Below the pieces are notes generated by a model. That model did no database searches. It was not told the DNA's origin and saw only the letters and a program-made list of their open reading frames with translations. The position numbers and the translations under genes were made by a program. Shown here in pieces: positions 40,101-47,751 of a stretch of DNA of 64,000 nucleotides (the first letter of the stretch is position 1; each line of letters begins with the position of its first letter). Source of the DNA: Octopus sinensis (Eukaryota); the NCBI RefSeq assembly GCF_006345805.1, contig NC_043001.1:27776001-27840000 (forward strand). Reading direction: 5' to 3'.

Positions 40101-43100
40101 ATGTCTACTCCAGTAATGACCTCATCTACTGGTTCTACTGGAATAATGACGCCTACTGTCACTGGACCGAATGATGGGAGAGTGCCATCTCGTTTGGAGA
40201 GTGCAACTATTCGAGGCAATTTACTGGATGGCAAGCGCCCAGATCAAGTTGGACAGTCTTATCATGTAAGACATTTTATAATAATAGATTTTTTAGAAAT
40301 AGTTTTTTTTCTCCTTGTAGGTTTCCCACATCTGGTTATCTTTGGTTTAGAGCAATAACGTTTTAAGTCTCTAATCCTAATAACAAAGTTGAATTTCAGT
40401 GCCTTGGTAAAGTTGCAGAGGCACTGTGACATGGCATGTCTTTGATATTTCTAGACCAGGCAGGGCTCCATCCTTCTACAGTTCTGACCACTGACCACCG
40501 CTGATTTCCTTTTGATAGAGAGAGAGAGAGAGAGATGTGTATATCATAGTTTTTTAATGTCTGTTTTTCCACGTTTGCATGGGTCAAATTGGTTGTGGCA
40601 GATTTTCTGTGGCTGGATGCCTTTCCTGTTATTAACCCTCATCTGTTTCCAAGCAAGATAGTGTTTCCTCTCTTTGCTAGATATATTTTTCATGGAAGAC
40701 GGGTGACAAACAATTTTGCTTCTATGATGGTGATGTTTATTTACAACCATCATATGTTGAGACAAGGTTGTGAGCACACACACACTTAGATGAACTTCTT
40801 TAAGTTTCCATCTACCAAATCTACTCACAATGCTTAGGTTGACATGGGGCTATATTAGAGGACATTTGCCCTAGGTGCCATGTAGTGGGACTGAACCTGA
40901 AATCCTATGATTGGGTAGCAAGCTTTTAGAACAAGGCTGATACTTTATCAACTCAGAAAGAGTGAAAAACAAAGTTGGCCTCTGCAATATTGGAATTCAG
41001 AGACCTGAGGCAAATACCACAAGGCAGTTTATCTGACCCATCAACTACTCTGCAACCGCTGGCGATTTTTTTTTCCTCTGTCTTCCCTTCTCTGGATCTT
41101 TCTTTTTCCTATGTTTCTGACGAAGAGCTCCGCTCGAAACGTTAAACCCTCCTTCTTCCCTTCCTTCCTGGGCATCCAATAATACTATATTTGTTCCACG
41201 TCCTCGCATTGTTGTGTTTTCATGTTTGGATTAACTATATATATAATTATATAATTATCATAATCATACATCTCTTTTTCATGCTGGTATGAGTTGGTTT
41301 TATACACACAAAACCAATTTTATTTCTTATAAAATATTTGAGTCTTACAGAATCTGAATTTATCTATTAGCTATTGCTTCAATAACTGCCCTCTCTCTCT
41401 TACACACAGACAGACAGACACAGGCTTGGATTCATGCATTTGTTTGTATAATGTGGATGAGCTTCTGTACATAATACATCAAATTTGTTGTATTTGTGGA
41501 TAATGATTGCACACCAAATAGTTTCACCTGGCTGGCTTTCACTTTTGGTATTCAAAACCGAGTATATAAAAGTGTATCTCTTTTGCTGGTGTTACTGCAA
41601 AAATTAACTAGACTGCTTCACACAATTCTTGGTGATGCATGTAAGGCGACTATTTCAAACCAGCCAAGCCTATTTTCTCCTTTAAGGTTTATTCTGAAGA
41701 TTGGAGATTTTATCATTGTTTCAGCTAATGCCATATTTATATATGACCAAGACCTTTGGCATTATGTCATGCTTCACCCATCCATCCAAGCAAAATCAGT
41801 CATTGCATGCAAATGGCACCCATGCCATTGGCACGTAAAAGCACCATCCGCTCGTGTCCGTTGCCAGCCTCGCCTGGCCCCCGTGCTGGTAGCACGTAAA
41901 AGCACCATCTGCTCGTGTCCGTTGCCAGCCTCGTCTGGCCTCCGTGCCAGTAGCACGTAAAAGCACCATCCGTTCGTGTCCGTTGCCAGCCTCGCCTGGC
42001 CCCCGTGCCGGTGGCATGAAAAAAACACCATCCGTTTGTGGCCGTTTGCCAGCTCTGTCTGGCACCTGTGCAGGTGGCACGTAAAAAGCACCCACTACAC
42101 TCACGGAGTAGTTGGCGTTAGGAAGGGCATCCAGCCGTAGAAACACTGCCAAATCTGACTGGGCCTGATGAAGCCTTCCGGCTTCACAGACCCCAGTTAA
42201 ACCGTCCAACCCATGCTAGCATGGAAAACGGACGCTAAATGATGATGATGATGATGATGATTTCACATCAACCCGGAGTTTCTACCTTTACAAACAGGGT
42301 GTTACGTCCTTATTACTTGTGTGATTTTTTGCTGCCCTGGTAACTATTTATTTTTTCCATGTTAATTGTAAACAAGGGAAAAATACACACATCCATTTAT
42401 ATATATATATAAAGAGAGAGAGAGAGAGAACTTTTGCTGAATTTACAAGTTCATGAATTAGTCAAGAGTCTTACCAAAGCTAAATATATTTTTTATCTGT
42501 ATGATCTTGCTGAGAGTAGTGGTAAATATTCAAAAATTGTCTCAACACAACCATACTTATACATGAACTGTAAAAAAAAAAAAAAAAAAAATCGGCCATA
42601 TCCATTAAAATTTCAGTTGATTCTAAATTGAGAAATATTTTTATTTGGTTAACTTAATTAACAACCACAATAATTTTAATCCACATTTGGTTTATTTGTC
42701 CCAATGTAAACACCAAAATAATATCTTACAGGGCAATCCGCATATGTTGATGCACCGTTTTAGTAATGGAATTGCTACTTTCAACCCACCACCACCACAA
42801 ATACCCTTGTATGCGGTGCCACCTTCAGCAAAAGACTTATGGAACATGAAGATCCCTGTGACTGATGTAAGCGAAAAGGGAGTAAGTAAATTTTTTTTTT
42901 TTTTTACTTCAGCATATTTGTTAGATGATATAGTATGAATAATGGTGTATGTATTATTCTCTACATTTTATTTTAAAAAGTAGTTTTTAATATATCCTGA
43001 AATGGAAAGCCTTTCTAAGTCTTTCCATCTTGAATAAGGTACATAACTCTTCTTAATTCAAGTTTACCTGACTAGCAAAATAGGGTCCATTCTTACTTCA

Positions 43101-44072
43101 TGAGTGGTTAAAAGTAGGAAAACCAATCAGTTTTTGAAAAGCATTTGATTCAACAACCCATCCAAGTAAGGGATTACCATTATCGTATTAACTTCCACTT
43201 TTCCATGCTTGCACGGATCAGACGAATTCATTGAGGTAGATTTTCTTAGGCCAGATGCCTTTCCTAAACCTCATTCATCTCTAAGCAAGCAAATATTTCT
43301 TCATGGCTGTGTATGTTTCCATAGAAAATTAGAAATGAGGAGACCACTTGTATTACAGTGATGTTCATTCACAACTATTGCTTGATGCCAAGGACAATGA
43401 ATACACAGAAAAACCTATTTGATGGGTTTCTTTCAGTTTCCGTCTACCAAATCCACTCAGAAGACTTTGGATGGCTTGGGACTGCAGTAAAAGGAACTGA
43501 CTCAAAATGCCACGCATTAGGACTGAACCTGCGGCCATATGGTTGTGAAGTGAACTTTCTTAGTTATGCAGGCTTGTTTGCACCTGTGTAAAATAGTATG
43601 TGTATGGAATGTATCGCCCCAAATTTGGTAGAAATTATATAACTAATGAAAGGCTGATTGAATGTCCATTGTGTTAAAATGACGTCATCATCATCCTCTG
43701 TCTGTTTTCTATGCAGGCATGGGTTGGACAGTTTGACCTAAGCTGGCCAGTCAGGAAGCTGTACTAGGTTCCAGTCCGATTTAGTTTGGTTTCTATGGCT
43801 GGATCCCCTTGGAAAGCAGACGTTAAATGAAACAAACAAACGAGTGTGTGCTGGGTGTGTTTAATGTGGTCAAAATAAACTTAGTCAAACTAGTTATTTA
43901 CAGTGTAGATGACAATCAGAAATCAACCTAATTGATTAGTAGCGTCAGATGTAAATATTTACAAAAATTTATCTCTAAACATGAGGTTAATAGTCTGCAA
44001 AATTTTAATTGCAATTTCTGTTTATTCCCTTTTCAGAACTGGAACTCGTGGAATCAGCCGAATGCCATGTGA
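3155..44072 (+). CDS. ANKHD1: Multi-exon gene (5'-partial): ankyrin repeat and KH domain protein, MASK / ANKHD1 / ANKRD17 orthologue; 31 coding exons in window
   Basis: Manually spliced exons with GT-AG introns sum to 7153 nt (1 nt + 2384 codons incl. TGA at 44070-44072). Peptides match the family: SLAEACSDGDV, HSNEFKESALTLACYKGHLEMVRFLLEAGADQEHKTDEMHTALMEA, EPPSATTTTTIG, SPKRGQRKEDGWKEVVRKSKK, KH VIGRGGANINAIR. Invertebrates typically have one gene co-orthologous to ANKHD1 and ANKRD17. Confidence 0.96.
4040..4105. repeat. (TACA)n/(CA)n microsatellite
   Basis: Seen directly. Confidence 0.95.
4654..4801 (+). CDS. ANKHD1: MASK/ANKHD1 exon: VLLVMKANVEDRGIKGDCTPLMEASSGGFVDIAKLLITHGADVNAQSSA
   Basis: tttatag acceptor, G|gtaatt donor; ankyrin TPLxxA motif. 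Confidence 0.93.
5815..6048 (+). CDS. ANKHD1: MASK/ANKHD1 exon: GNTPLHYAACGG...KESALTLACYKG
   Basis: Within ORF 5799-6056; ttttag and G|gtatgt. Confidence 0.95.
8573..8715 (+). CDS. ANKHD1: MASK/ANKHD1 exon: HLEMVRFLLEAGADQEHKTDEMHTALMEASMDGHVEVAKLLLDSGAQ
   Basis: tttcacag and CAG|gtaaac; overlaps ORF 8584-8781. Confidence 0.95.
9315..9504 (+). CDS. ANKHD1: MASK/ANKHD1 exon: VNMPADSFESPLTLAACGGH...EEMVALLLAHG
   Basis: ttgtag and G|gtaagt; overlaps ORF 9321-9530. Confidence 0.95.
9860..10177 (+). mobile_element. RTE-tail repeat (family C) with ~60-bp internal tandem units and GAT tail
   Basis: ggcacataaaaagcac units and ggtgttaggaagggtatccagc motif shared with 41800-42260 and 61010-61327. 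Confidence 0.8.
11067..11258 (+). CDS. ANKHD1: MASK/ANKHD1 exon: ADINAQTEETQETALTLACCGGFLEVADFLIKAGADIELGCSTPLMEAAQEGHLDLVSYLLSN
   Basis: ttgcag and G|gtaaga; conserved peptide; absent from ORF track. Confidence 0.95.
11467..11684. mobile_element. piggyBac-like MITE (family D)
   Basis: ttaaccattagcattt...aatgctaaggagttaa ends; homologous to 59619-60059 and 60801-62289. Confidence 0.65.
12419..12528 (+). CDS. ANKHD1: MASK/ANKHD1 exon: DANVHAQTATGDTALTYACENGHTDVAEILLRANAKL
   Basis: ttccag and CTG|gtaagg. Confidence 0.94.
12820..12907 (+). CDS. ANKHD1: MASK/ANKHD1 exon: EHESEGGRTPLMKAARAGHQCTVQFLINK
   Basis: ttctag and G|gtaaac. Confidence 0.94.
15294..15421 (+). CDS. ANKHD1: MASK/ANKHD1 exon: GANVNRQTSTNDHTVLSLACAGGHLEVVELLLNSGANLTHRLK
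   Basis: tttcaag (AAG) acceptor, AAG|gtgtgt donor. Confidence 0.93.
15729..15872 (+). CDS. ANKHD1: MASK/ANKHD1 exon (end of ankyrin block 1): DGSTMIIEAAKGGHTAVVSLLLEFP...NLNTE
   Basis: ttattcag and GAG|gtaagt. Confidence 0.93.
16181..16277 (+). CDS. ANKHD1: MASK/ANKHD1 exon (linker): HRVPVHGLGNIVPPNDPDSGAMNANGYVPSLP
   Basis: tttaatag and G|gtaatt; RVP..H.L...VPP..PD resembles the vertebrate linker; phases fit. Confidence 0.85.
17122..17636 (+). mobile_element. 3' fragment of a CR1-clade LINE (ORF2 C-terminus and (ATT)n tail)
   Basis: WNPYL..NIDLLESVQKRATKRIP and NTRGHAYK..RKHFFMLRVAEAWNKLP motifs; internal stop; ATT repeat tail. Confidence 0.85.
17752..18227 (+). CDS. ANKHD1: MASK/ANKHD1 exon: polyQ/polyP-rich linker
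   Basis: Within ORF 17730-18257; ttttag and CAG|gtaaga; phases 1 to 0 fit the neighbouring exons. Confidence 0.85.
18973..19288 (+). CDS. ANKHD1: MASK/ANKHD1 exon (start of ankyrin block 2): VSQPNMPKVRWK...IDLDAQTDSNHDTALTLACTAGYSDLVRLLLSKTADIEHRDKK
   Basis: tttttag and G|gtcagt; overlaps ORF 18988-19311. Confidence 0.93.
19955..20175 (-). mobile_element. tRNA-derived SINE (family A) with 16-bp TSD
   Basis: Head ggcgagctggcag...gagttcaaattc; TSD aattttccaaatattt at 19939-19954 and 20176-20191. Confidence 0.9.
20877..21022 (+). CDS. ANKHD1: MASK/ANKHD1 exon: GFTPLILAATAGHVEVVEILLDHNAEIEAQSERTKDTPLSLACSGGKFD
   Basis: ttttag and GAT|gttagt; ORF track shows only the antisense frame. Confidence 0.94.
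21631..21773 (+). CDS. ANKHD1: MASK/ANKHD1 exon: VVELLLSRVANKEHRNVSDYTPLSLAASGGYVNIIKLLLSNGAEINSR
   Basis: ttattcag and CG|gtaagc. Confidence 0.94.
22745..22850 (+). CDS. ANKHD1: MASK/ANKHD1 exon: TGSKLGISPLMLAAMNGHSAAVKLLLDMGSDINAQ
   Basis: ttttcag and CAG|gtgaat. Confidence 0.94.
23527..23634 (+). CDS. ANKHD1: MASK/ANKHD1 exon: IETNKNTALTLACFQGRHEVVSLLVDRKANIEHRAK
   Basis: ttttag and AAG|gtaaat. Confidence 0.94.
23841..24016 (+). CDS. ANKHD1: MASK/ANKHD1 exon: TGLTPLMEAASGGYVEVGKVLLDKGADVNAAPVPSSRDTALTIAADKGHYRFVELLLS
   Basis: cttgtag and AG|gtaagt. Confidence 0.95.
24080..24850 (-). mobile_element. Decayed LINE fragment
   Basis: Broken - strand peptides (SHTYKL...NAFNAW) resembling a CR1-type ORF2 C-terminus. 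Confidence 0.4.
24951..25012 (+). CDS. ANKHD1: MASK/ANKHD1 exon: NAAVDVKNKKGNSPLWLACN
   Basis: ttctag and G|gtaagt. Confidence 0.92.
27221..27417 (+). CDS. ANKHD1: MASK/ANKHD1 exon (end of ankyrin block 2): GGHLDVVQLLVGHRADIDSDDNRKVSCLVAAFRKGHIKVVKWMVKYVTQFPLDNELQRYISTVTDP
   Basis: ttttcaag and CCA|gtacgt. Confidence 0.93.
28428..28642 (+). CDS. ANKHD1: MASK/ANKHD1 exon: coiled coil and basic NLS-like tract (ELNKKCRQCMDAIISAKDRQAAEANKNATILLEELDKE...KRRERKKKKKKEK)
   Basis: tttgcag and AT|gtatgt; within ORF 28392-28682. Confidence 0.93.
28871..28989 (+). CDS. ANKHD1: MASK/ANKHD1 exon: KNSSPVPETNSTPKGEEEEEEEDVLVLLEPPSATTTTTI
   Basis: atctag and G|gtctgt; EPPSATTTTTIG is a family motif. Confidence 0.88.
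29078..29660 (-). mobile_element. Tc1/mariner DD37D (maT-type) transposase relic
   Basis: YVWQQDSAP...WPLNSLDCNPL(D) with 37 residues between the second and third Asp; frameshift at the third Asp. Confidence 0.85.
29980..30173 (-). mobile_element. Family A SINE nested in an older element
   Basis: aaggcggcaagccagcagaaacgttagca head on the - strand. Confidence 0.75.
30858..31322 (+). CDS. ANKHD1: MASK/ANKHD1 exon: low-complexity K/S/G/N-rich region
   Basis: tttgcag and A|gtaagt (in-phase alternative donor after 31310); within ORF 30845-31366. Confidence 0.82.
31450..31663. mobile_element. piggyBac-like MITE with 13-bp TIRs
   Basis: TTAA-ccctttcgttacc ... ggtaacgaaaggg-TTAT. Confidence 0.8.
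31989..32097 (+). CDS. ANKHD1: MASK/ANKHD1 exon: IGDLDDFGSLLEIPYKVYGSEIDKLLTKSLDKKSIV
   Basis: cttacag and GT|gtaagt; needed to reconcile phase 1 with phase 2. Confidence 0.8.
32450..32846 (-). mobile_element. Old composite SINE (family B head plus family C-like tail)
   Basis: aggtgcaggtgttactgtgtggttgagaag...ggttcagtccc head; aggaagggcatctggcc tail; similar elements at 40545-40930 and 43170-43590. Confidence 0.7.
34378..34524 (+). CDS. ANKHD1: MASK/ANKHD1 exon: ECQEHFGPLLDK...MSPKRGQRKEDGWKEVVRK
   Basis: ccacag and AA|gtaagt; GWKEVVR precedes the KH domain in this family. Confidence 0.92.
34643..34789 (+). CDS. ANKHD1: MASK/ANKHD1 exon, KH domain: SKKIIVSANAISRVIGRGGANINAIRDASGAHIEVEKQKGSGDRLITIK
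   Basis: gtatag and AA|gtaagt; intact GxxG loop. Confidence 0.95.
35072..35505 (+). mobile_element. Dimeric family A SINE inserted in an antisense family C element
   Basis: Two head-to-tail units; TSD aatat(c/t)caccttcct at 35057-35071 and 35506-35520. Confidence 0.85.
36323..38325 (+). CDS. ANKHD1: MASK/ANKHD1 2003-nt exon: end of KH (GSAEATRQAHLLINALVSDPDKE) plus S/T/P/Q/G-rich tail
   Basis: Within ORF 36294-38333; tttcag and G|gtaaat. Confidence 0.93.
38459..38600 (+). mobile_element. 5'-truncated family A SINE
   Basis: gccgaggtcgactttgcctttcatcc...ttagccccttgtggg. Confidence 0.85.
39146..39393. mobile_element. hAT (Charlie-type) MITE
   Basis: TIRs cagtgattttcaac / gtgatgaacactg; perfect 8-bp TSD acttactg at 39138-39145 and 39394-39401. 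Confidence 0.88.
39702..39890 (+). CDS. ANKHD1: MASK/ANKHD1 exon: VQGPSSPLPL...LKPIGGERMIKKP...WALSS
   Basis: ttctgaag and G|gtatgt; PIGxER motif of the MASK C-terminus. Confidence 0.87.
40048..40265 (+). CDS. ANKHD1: MASK/ANKHD1 exon: ELNSEWPASSSP...DQVGQSYH
   Basis: cttcag and CAT|gtaaga; phases fit. Confidence 0.83.
41113..41147 (+). ncRNA. Minimal type I hammerhead ribozyme motif (Penelope-type) within a ~180-nt repeat remnant at 41065-41245
   Basis: GTTT-CTGACGA-A-GAGC(TCC)GCTC-GAAA-C-GTT-AAAC: helix I GTTT/AAAC, CUGANGA core, helix II, GAAA, palindromic AACGTT. Confidence 0.6.
41800..42260 (+). mobile_element. Young family C (RTE-tail) element with about four ~60-bp tandem units and (GAT)n tail
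   Basis: Repeated gcacgtaaaagcaccatccgctcgtgtccgttgccagcctcgcctggc; CpG-rich; (GAT)7 tail. Confidence 0.88.
42732..42881 (+). CDS. ANKHD1: MASK/ANKHD1 exon: GNPHMLMHRFSNG...KDLWNMKIPVTDVSEKG
   Basis: cttacag and GGA|gtaagt. Confidence 0.8.
44037..44072 (+). CDS. ANKHD1: MASK/ANKHD1 terminal coding exon: NWNSWNQPNAM*
   Basis: Strong acceptor ttccctttttcag-like (tttattcccttttcag), phase 0, TGA, then non-repetitive UTR-like sequence and AATAAA. Confidence 0.72.
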   Translation, partial: NWNSWNQPNAM

Positions 44073-44516
44073 TTATTTTTTAGAGCTCTGATTACATTTT
44101 TGTCCCCAAAGACTGAGCAGATGTGCCTGCATACAGAGGATCACCTACCTCCATCATTAATGGCAGCAGTGAGATGATTACCAGGTCTACTAAGCTATTG
44201 GTTAACTCAGCCTCTGATATCCCCAATCTTTGGGGTTTTTTTCTTCTTCTTCTTTGCTCTCCTGAGGAGAGGAAAGAGCTATGGGCAATAACACTGGCAG
44301 CAGCAAGGATGACAATCTTTTCTCCCCATGATAACTGCTGTTACCATGGCTTGTGCAAGTTGAATGCCAACCTTGGGAACATTTCAGGAATGATGTACGA
44401 AAAAAGATTGAATCTTTGTTTGACATTTCTTTGTTATTGTTCAGGCTTAGTAAATGTGTAAATCTGATGACGCAACGACAATGATGAAGATAATATAATA
44501 GTGTACACAGTGTATG

Positions 44517-44522
44517 AATAAA
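44517..44522 (+). terminator. Candidate polyadenylation signal of the MASK gene
   Basis: AATAAA about 445 nt after the stop, followed by GT-rich ttgtgttctt; other AATAAA lie near 44667. Confidence 0.5.
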
Positions 44523-45163
44523 AGGCTATTACTCTAATTGGGCATGGATTGTGTTCTTACTAAAGGTCACTATTCTAGCTTGATTTCTATATTACCCCTG
44601 AATGCTTGCAAGTCAGTATTTTTGCAGCTAAACAGCTTTTAGTCTTTCAAGAAAGTAATTTTAAATAATAAAAATATTAACTTTGAGAATCCATTATTTT
44701 CCTGTGTTTCTAAATTCGTTTTCTCTGACATCTCCACTTGTTTGAATCTTGTTGATTCTCAAATCATGACTGCTTTGTTAATCCCTCTTTGTTAATTACT
44801 AGTAAAGAAAAAGGACAAACTCCCGTTGTTTTTTTATTAATGCTTTCCAACTTCATTTTTATCTTTTCAAATTATCAACATTAGCTTTAATAATTGGTTT
44901 TAATAAATAATTGGAAGTTTGAGCTTGAATTAATCCCACAGGAAAGAAACTTATACTTAAGTATAGCCTAATGGATTTTCTTAGCCATATTAGTAAAGCT
45001 AAAAGAATATATTCTTGTTACGGAGATGTACTTGCATAGCAAGTGATTTGATCTGAGATTGTGTGCTGGAATGAAAACAATTGTAGCGTGGAAGGTGTTT
45101 GTAAGCCAAGCCATTTAAGAAACACACAAAAGCCGTTTGATTCACTTCAACATTTAAGTTTAA

Positions 45164-45212
45164 TTTGTCAAAATATTTTCGTCACTAAGACCGCGACCTG
45201 TTCACTGACAAA
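45164..45212 (-). ncRNA. Hammerhead-like motif with a covarying G3-C8 core
   Basis: - strand reads TTTGTCA-GTGAACA-G-GTCGC(GGTCTTA)GTGAC-GAAA-ATAT-TT-TGACAAA. Confidence 0.5.
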
Positions 45213-45597
45213 AATTCGGAAATAATGAAAATAGTTTATCTTATAGTTTTAACTGTTTAAACCCCTAACATTTATTTTCATGTGTAACGTTTTAATTTTG
45301 AATGATAGATGTCATAGGGTTCACTTAAGAATGAACACATGAAATTTTTATTAATATGTAATGTAAAGCAGATAAAATAGTGTTCATTTGAACTTTTTTT
45401 TATTTAATCTGAGAAAACTGATGGTTTTTAATTGACACCATTTTCATACCATCATCATGCACAATAGGACTCTAATAGTTTAGTAAAATGTAATACAAAC
45501 TAGATATTAGAAAAATAATGAGTTGGTGCTTACCTTAAATACCTGATAAATAAATTAATGGTTTGAAAATAATCTAAACATAATTAAGTTAATGTTG

Positions 45598-45938
45598 ACG
45601 CAGGAGTGGCAGTGTGGTAAGTAACTTGCTTACCAACCACATGGTTCCGGGTTCAGTCAACACTGCATGGCACCTTGGCCATGTGTCTTATACTATAGCC
45701 TCGGGCCGACCAAAGCCTTGTTAGTGGATTTGATAGATGGAAACTGAAAGAAGCCTGTCATGTGTATGTGTGTGTTTGTCCCCCCAACATCACTTGACAA
45801 CCAATGCTGGTGTGTTTACATCCCTGTTACTTTGTGGTTCGGCAAAAGGGCCTGATAGAATAAATACTGGGGTAAATTTTCTTGACCAAAGGTGGTGCTC
45901 CAGCATAGCCACAGTCAAATGACTGAAACAAGTAAAGG
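45598..45938 (+). mobile_element. tRNA-derived SINE (family B)
   Basis: gcaggagtggcagtgtggtaag...gggttcagtc head; gactgaaacaagtaaa tail. Confidence 0.88.
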
Positions 45939-47592
45939 GTAACCTGTTTTGAATAATTTCTACAGGTTTTGTATTTTCTATTTTGTATTGTTTAAATAGT
46001 ATATTATTTGACCCTGCATCAACTCTGATGCAGCAGACCTATGACATGTAAGTAGTCACAAAATAGATCTCTTGTTCTAGATATACCTTGCCTTTATAGC
46101 AGTGAATTGTATGGGGTGAAGTGCTGAATGTAATAATATACCAATAAAGAAGATAGATCTGTTCACATTTTGATTGTCACTGGGAAAGCTGTAGGAAAAA
46201 GTATATTGCAAATTTGCCTTATCTCTAATTTTTTTTGTGAGTTTTAAAAATTTGGTAATATTCATGGCATGGCATTGATGGCTTCATTTGTTTACCTAAA
46301 TTTCTTCCTCCTCAGTTTCGTTTCTTTGTGGATATTTAAAATGCTAAGAAAAGCTTCAAAAACCTTTTCAGAATTTGTTTTTGTGGTGTAGACATGCTTA
46401 TTAAGCTTTTGCAACTAAAATTGCATGCCAAAAGTTACTAATAGCAATTACAAATTTTAATTAGTCAGTATGAGAAATTTCCATATAAATCTGTAAAACT
46501 TCACTAAGGAAGGGTTGAGCTACGTATTACCTCAAAGTCAGATGTCAGCATATAGAGCAAGCTATTTTATATCATGAATTAACTTGACATAAAGGGGTTA
46601 AAAAAACCATTGCTTAAATCATTAATTACTCAGCTATATAGATTAAGATCTGGCTTCACTATTTTATAGCATGCTTATTTTGTGTGATGTCCCATCTCTT
46701 TCACTTGCGAATGTGTGTGTGTATTTAAATTTTTAATACCAGCCCGTCTGAGACTGTTCCAGGTTTCATGATGTAAATTAGAATCTTCCATTGAAAGTTC
46801 ATGTAATTTGTTTCAGATACAAGCTTAGCAATGACAGTTACATTATTCATTATTTTCAAGATTAATTGGAACAAAAGCCACTACATTTCAACAAATATAT
46901 TAGCACACAGGTTAAATTTTATTTGAGCTGTATAAATTAAAATGAATATTTTTAAATGTTGAAAGATTTGGTGAAATACCTCAAATTACCAGTTTGAAAA
47001 ATGTCAGGTGACTTGGGAGTGAATATTCCGATATCAAGATCTGACAGCCAACATTTTGTATGTATACTCTTAAAAAAACAAGAATGCCAAGCAAATAACT
47101 TGAAAGGTTATTGATTTTAAATTATGGTCTGAACAAATCATTGAATATTATAGAATTAGGAAAGTCACTAGAATGGGTTAAGGCTTGGCTATGTGGTTGA
47201 GAATGTGCTCCTTACCCCAATTTTTTAGGTTCAGCTCCTCTATATGACACCATGGAAAAGTCTCTTTTACTATAACCCAAGGCTGGCCAAAGCTTAGTGA
47301 GTGGATTTGTAAGATATCTGCACCAGACTTCATTAACTAAAAATCCTACCAAAGCAGTTACAAAAGTCTGGTGCAGGCTTCTGCCTAGCTGGCTCTCGTC
47401 AAACTGTTCCGCCCACACTAGCATTGAAGGCAGACTTTAAACGATGATGAAGGACACTTGATTGTGTGTACACCCTTGTCTTGACATCACATAATAAATA
47501 AACATCATACAAGTGGTGTTCATTATACTAGTGAGGGTTGCTAACAGGAAGGGTATCTGACCATAAAAAACCTGCCTGATGAATTCTATCTC

Positions 47593-47751
47593 TTACTTAT
47601 GAATGTATTTAAATTTTTAACACCAGCTCATCTGAGACTATTCTAGGTTTTATGATGTTCATTTTAAAGTGATGTAAATTTACATCATAAAACCTGGAAT
47701 AGTTTCAGTTGGGCTGGTATTAAAAATTCAAATACACATATTCATAAGTAA
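47593..47751. repeat. Long inverted repeat (foldback), arms about 66-70 bp
   Basis: 47593-47658 pairs with 47682-47751; a related single arm lies at about 46702-46778. Confidence 0.85.

Noticed and set aside
41822-42090. CRISPR-like regularly spaced repeats
   Set aside because: Units are contiguous tandem copies without unique spacers, in eukaryotic DNA with no cas genes.
44123-44461. 112-aa ORF after the MASK stop
   Set aside because: Starts at GTG, lies in the probable 3' UTR, and has no recognisable homology or splice context.
45598-45680. tRNA genes at SINE heads
   Set aside because: A/B-box-like motifs continue into SINE bodies, and no full cloverleaf forms.
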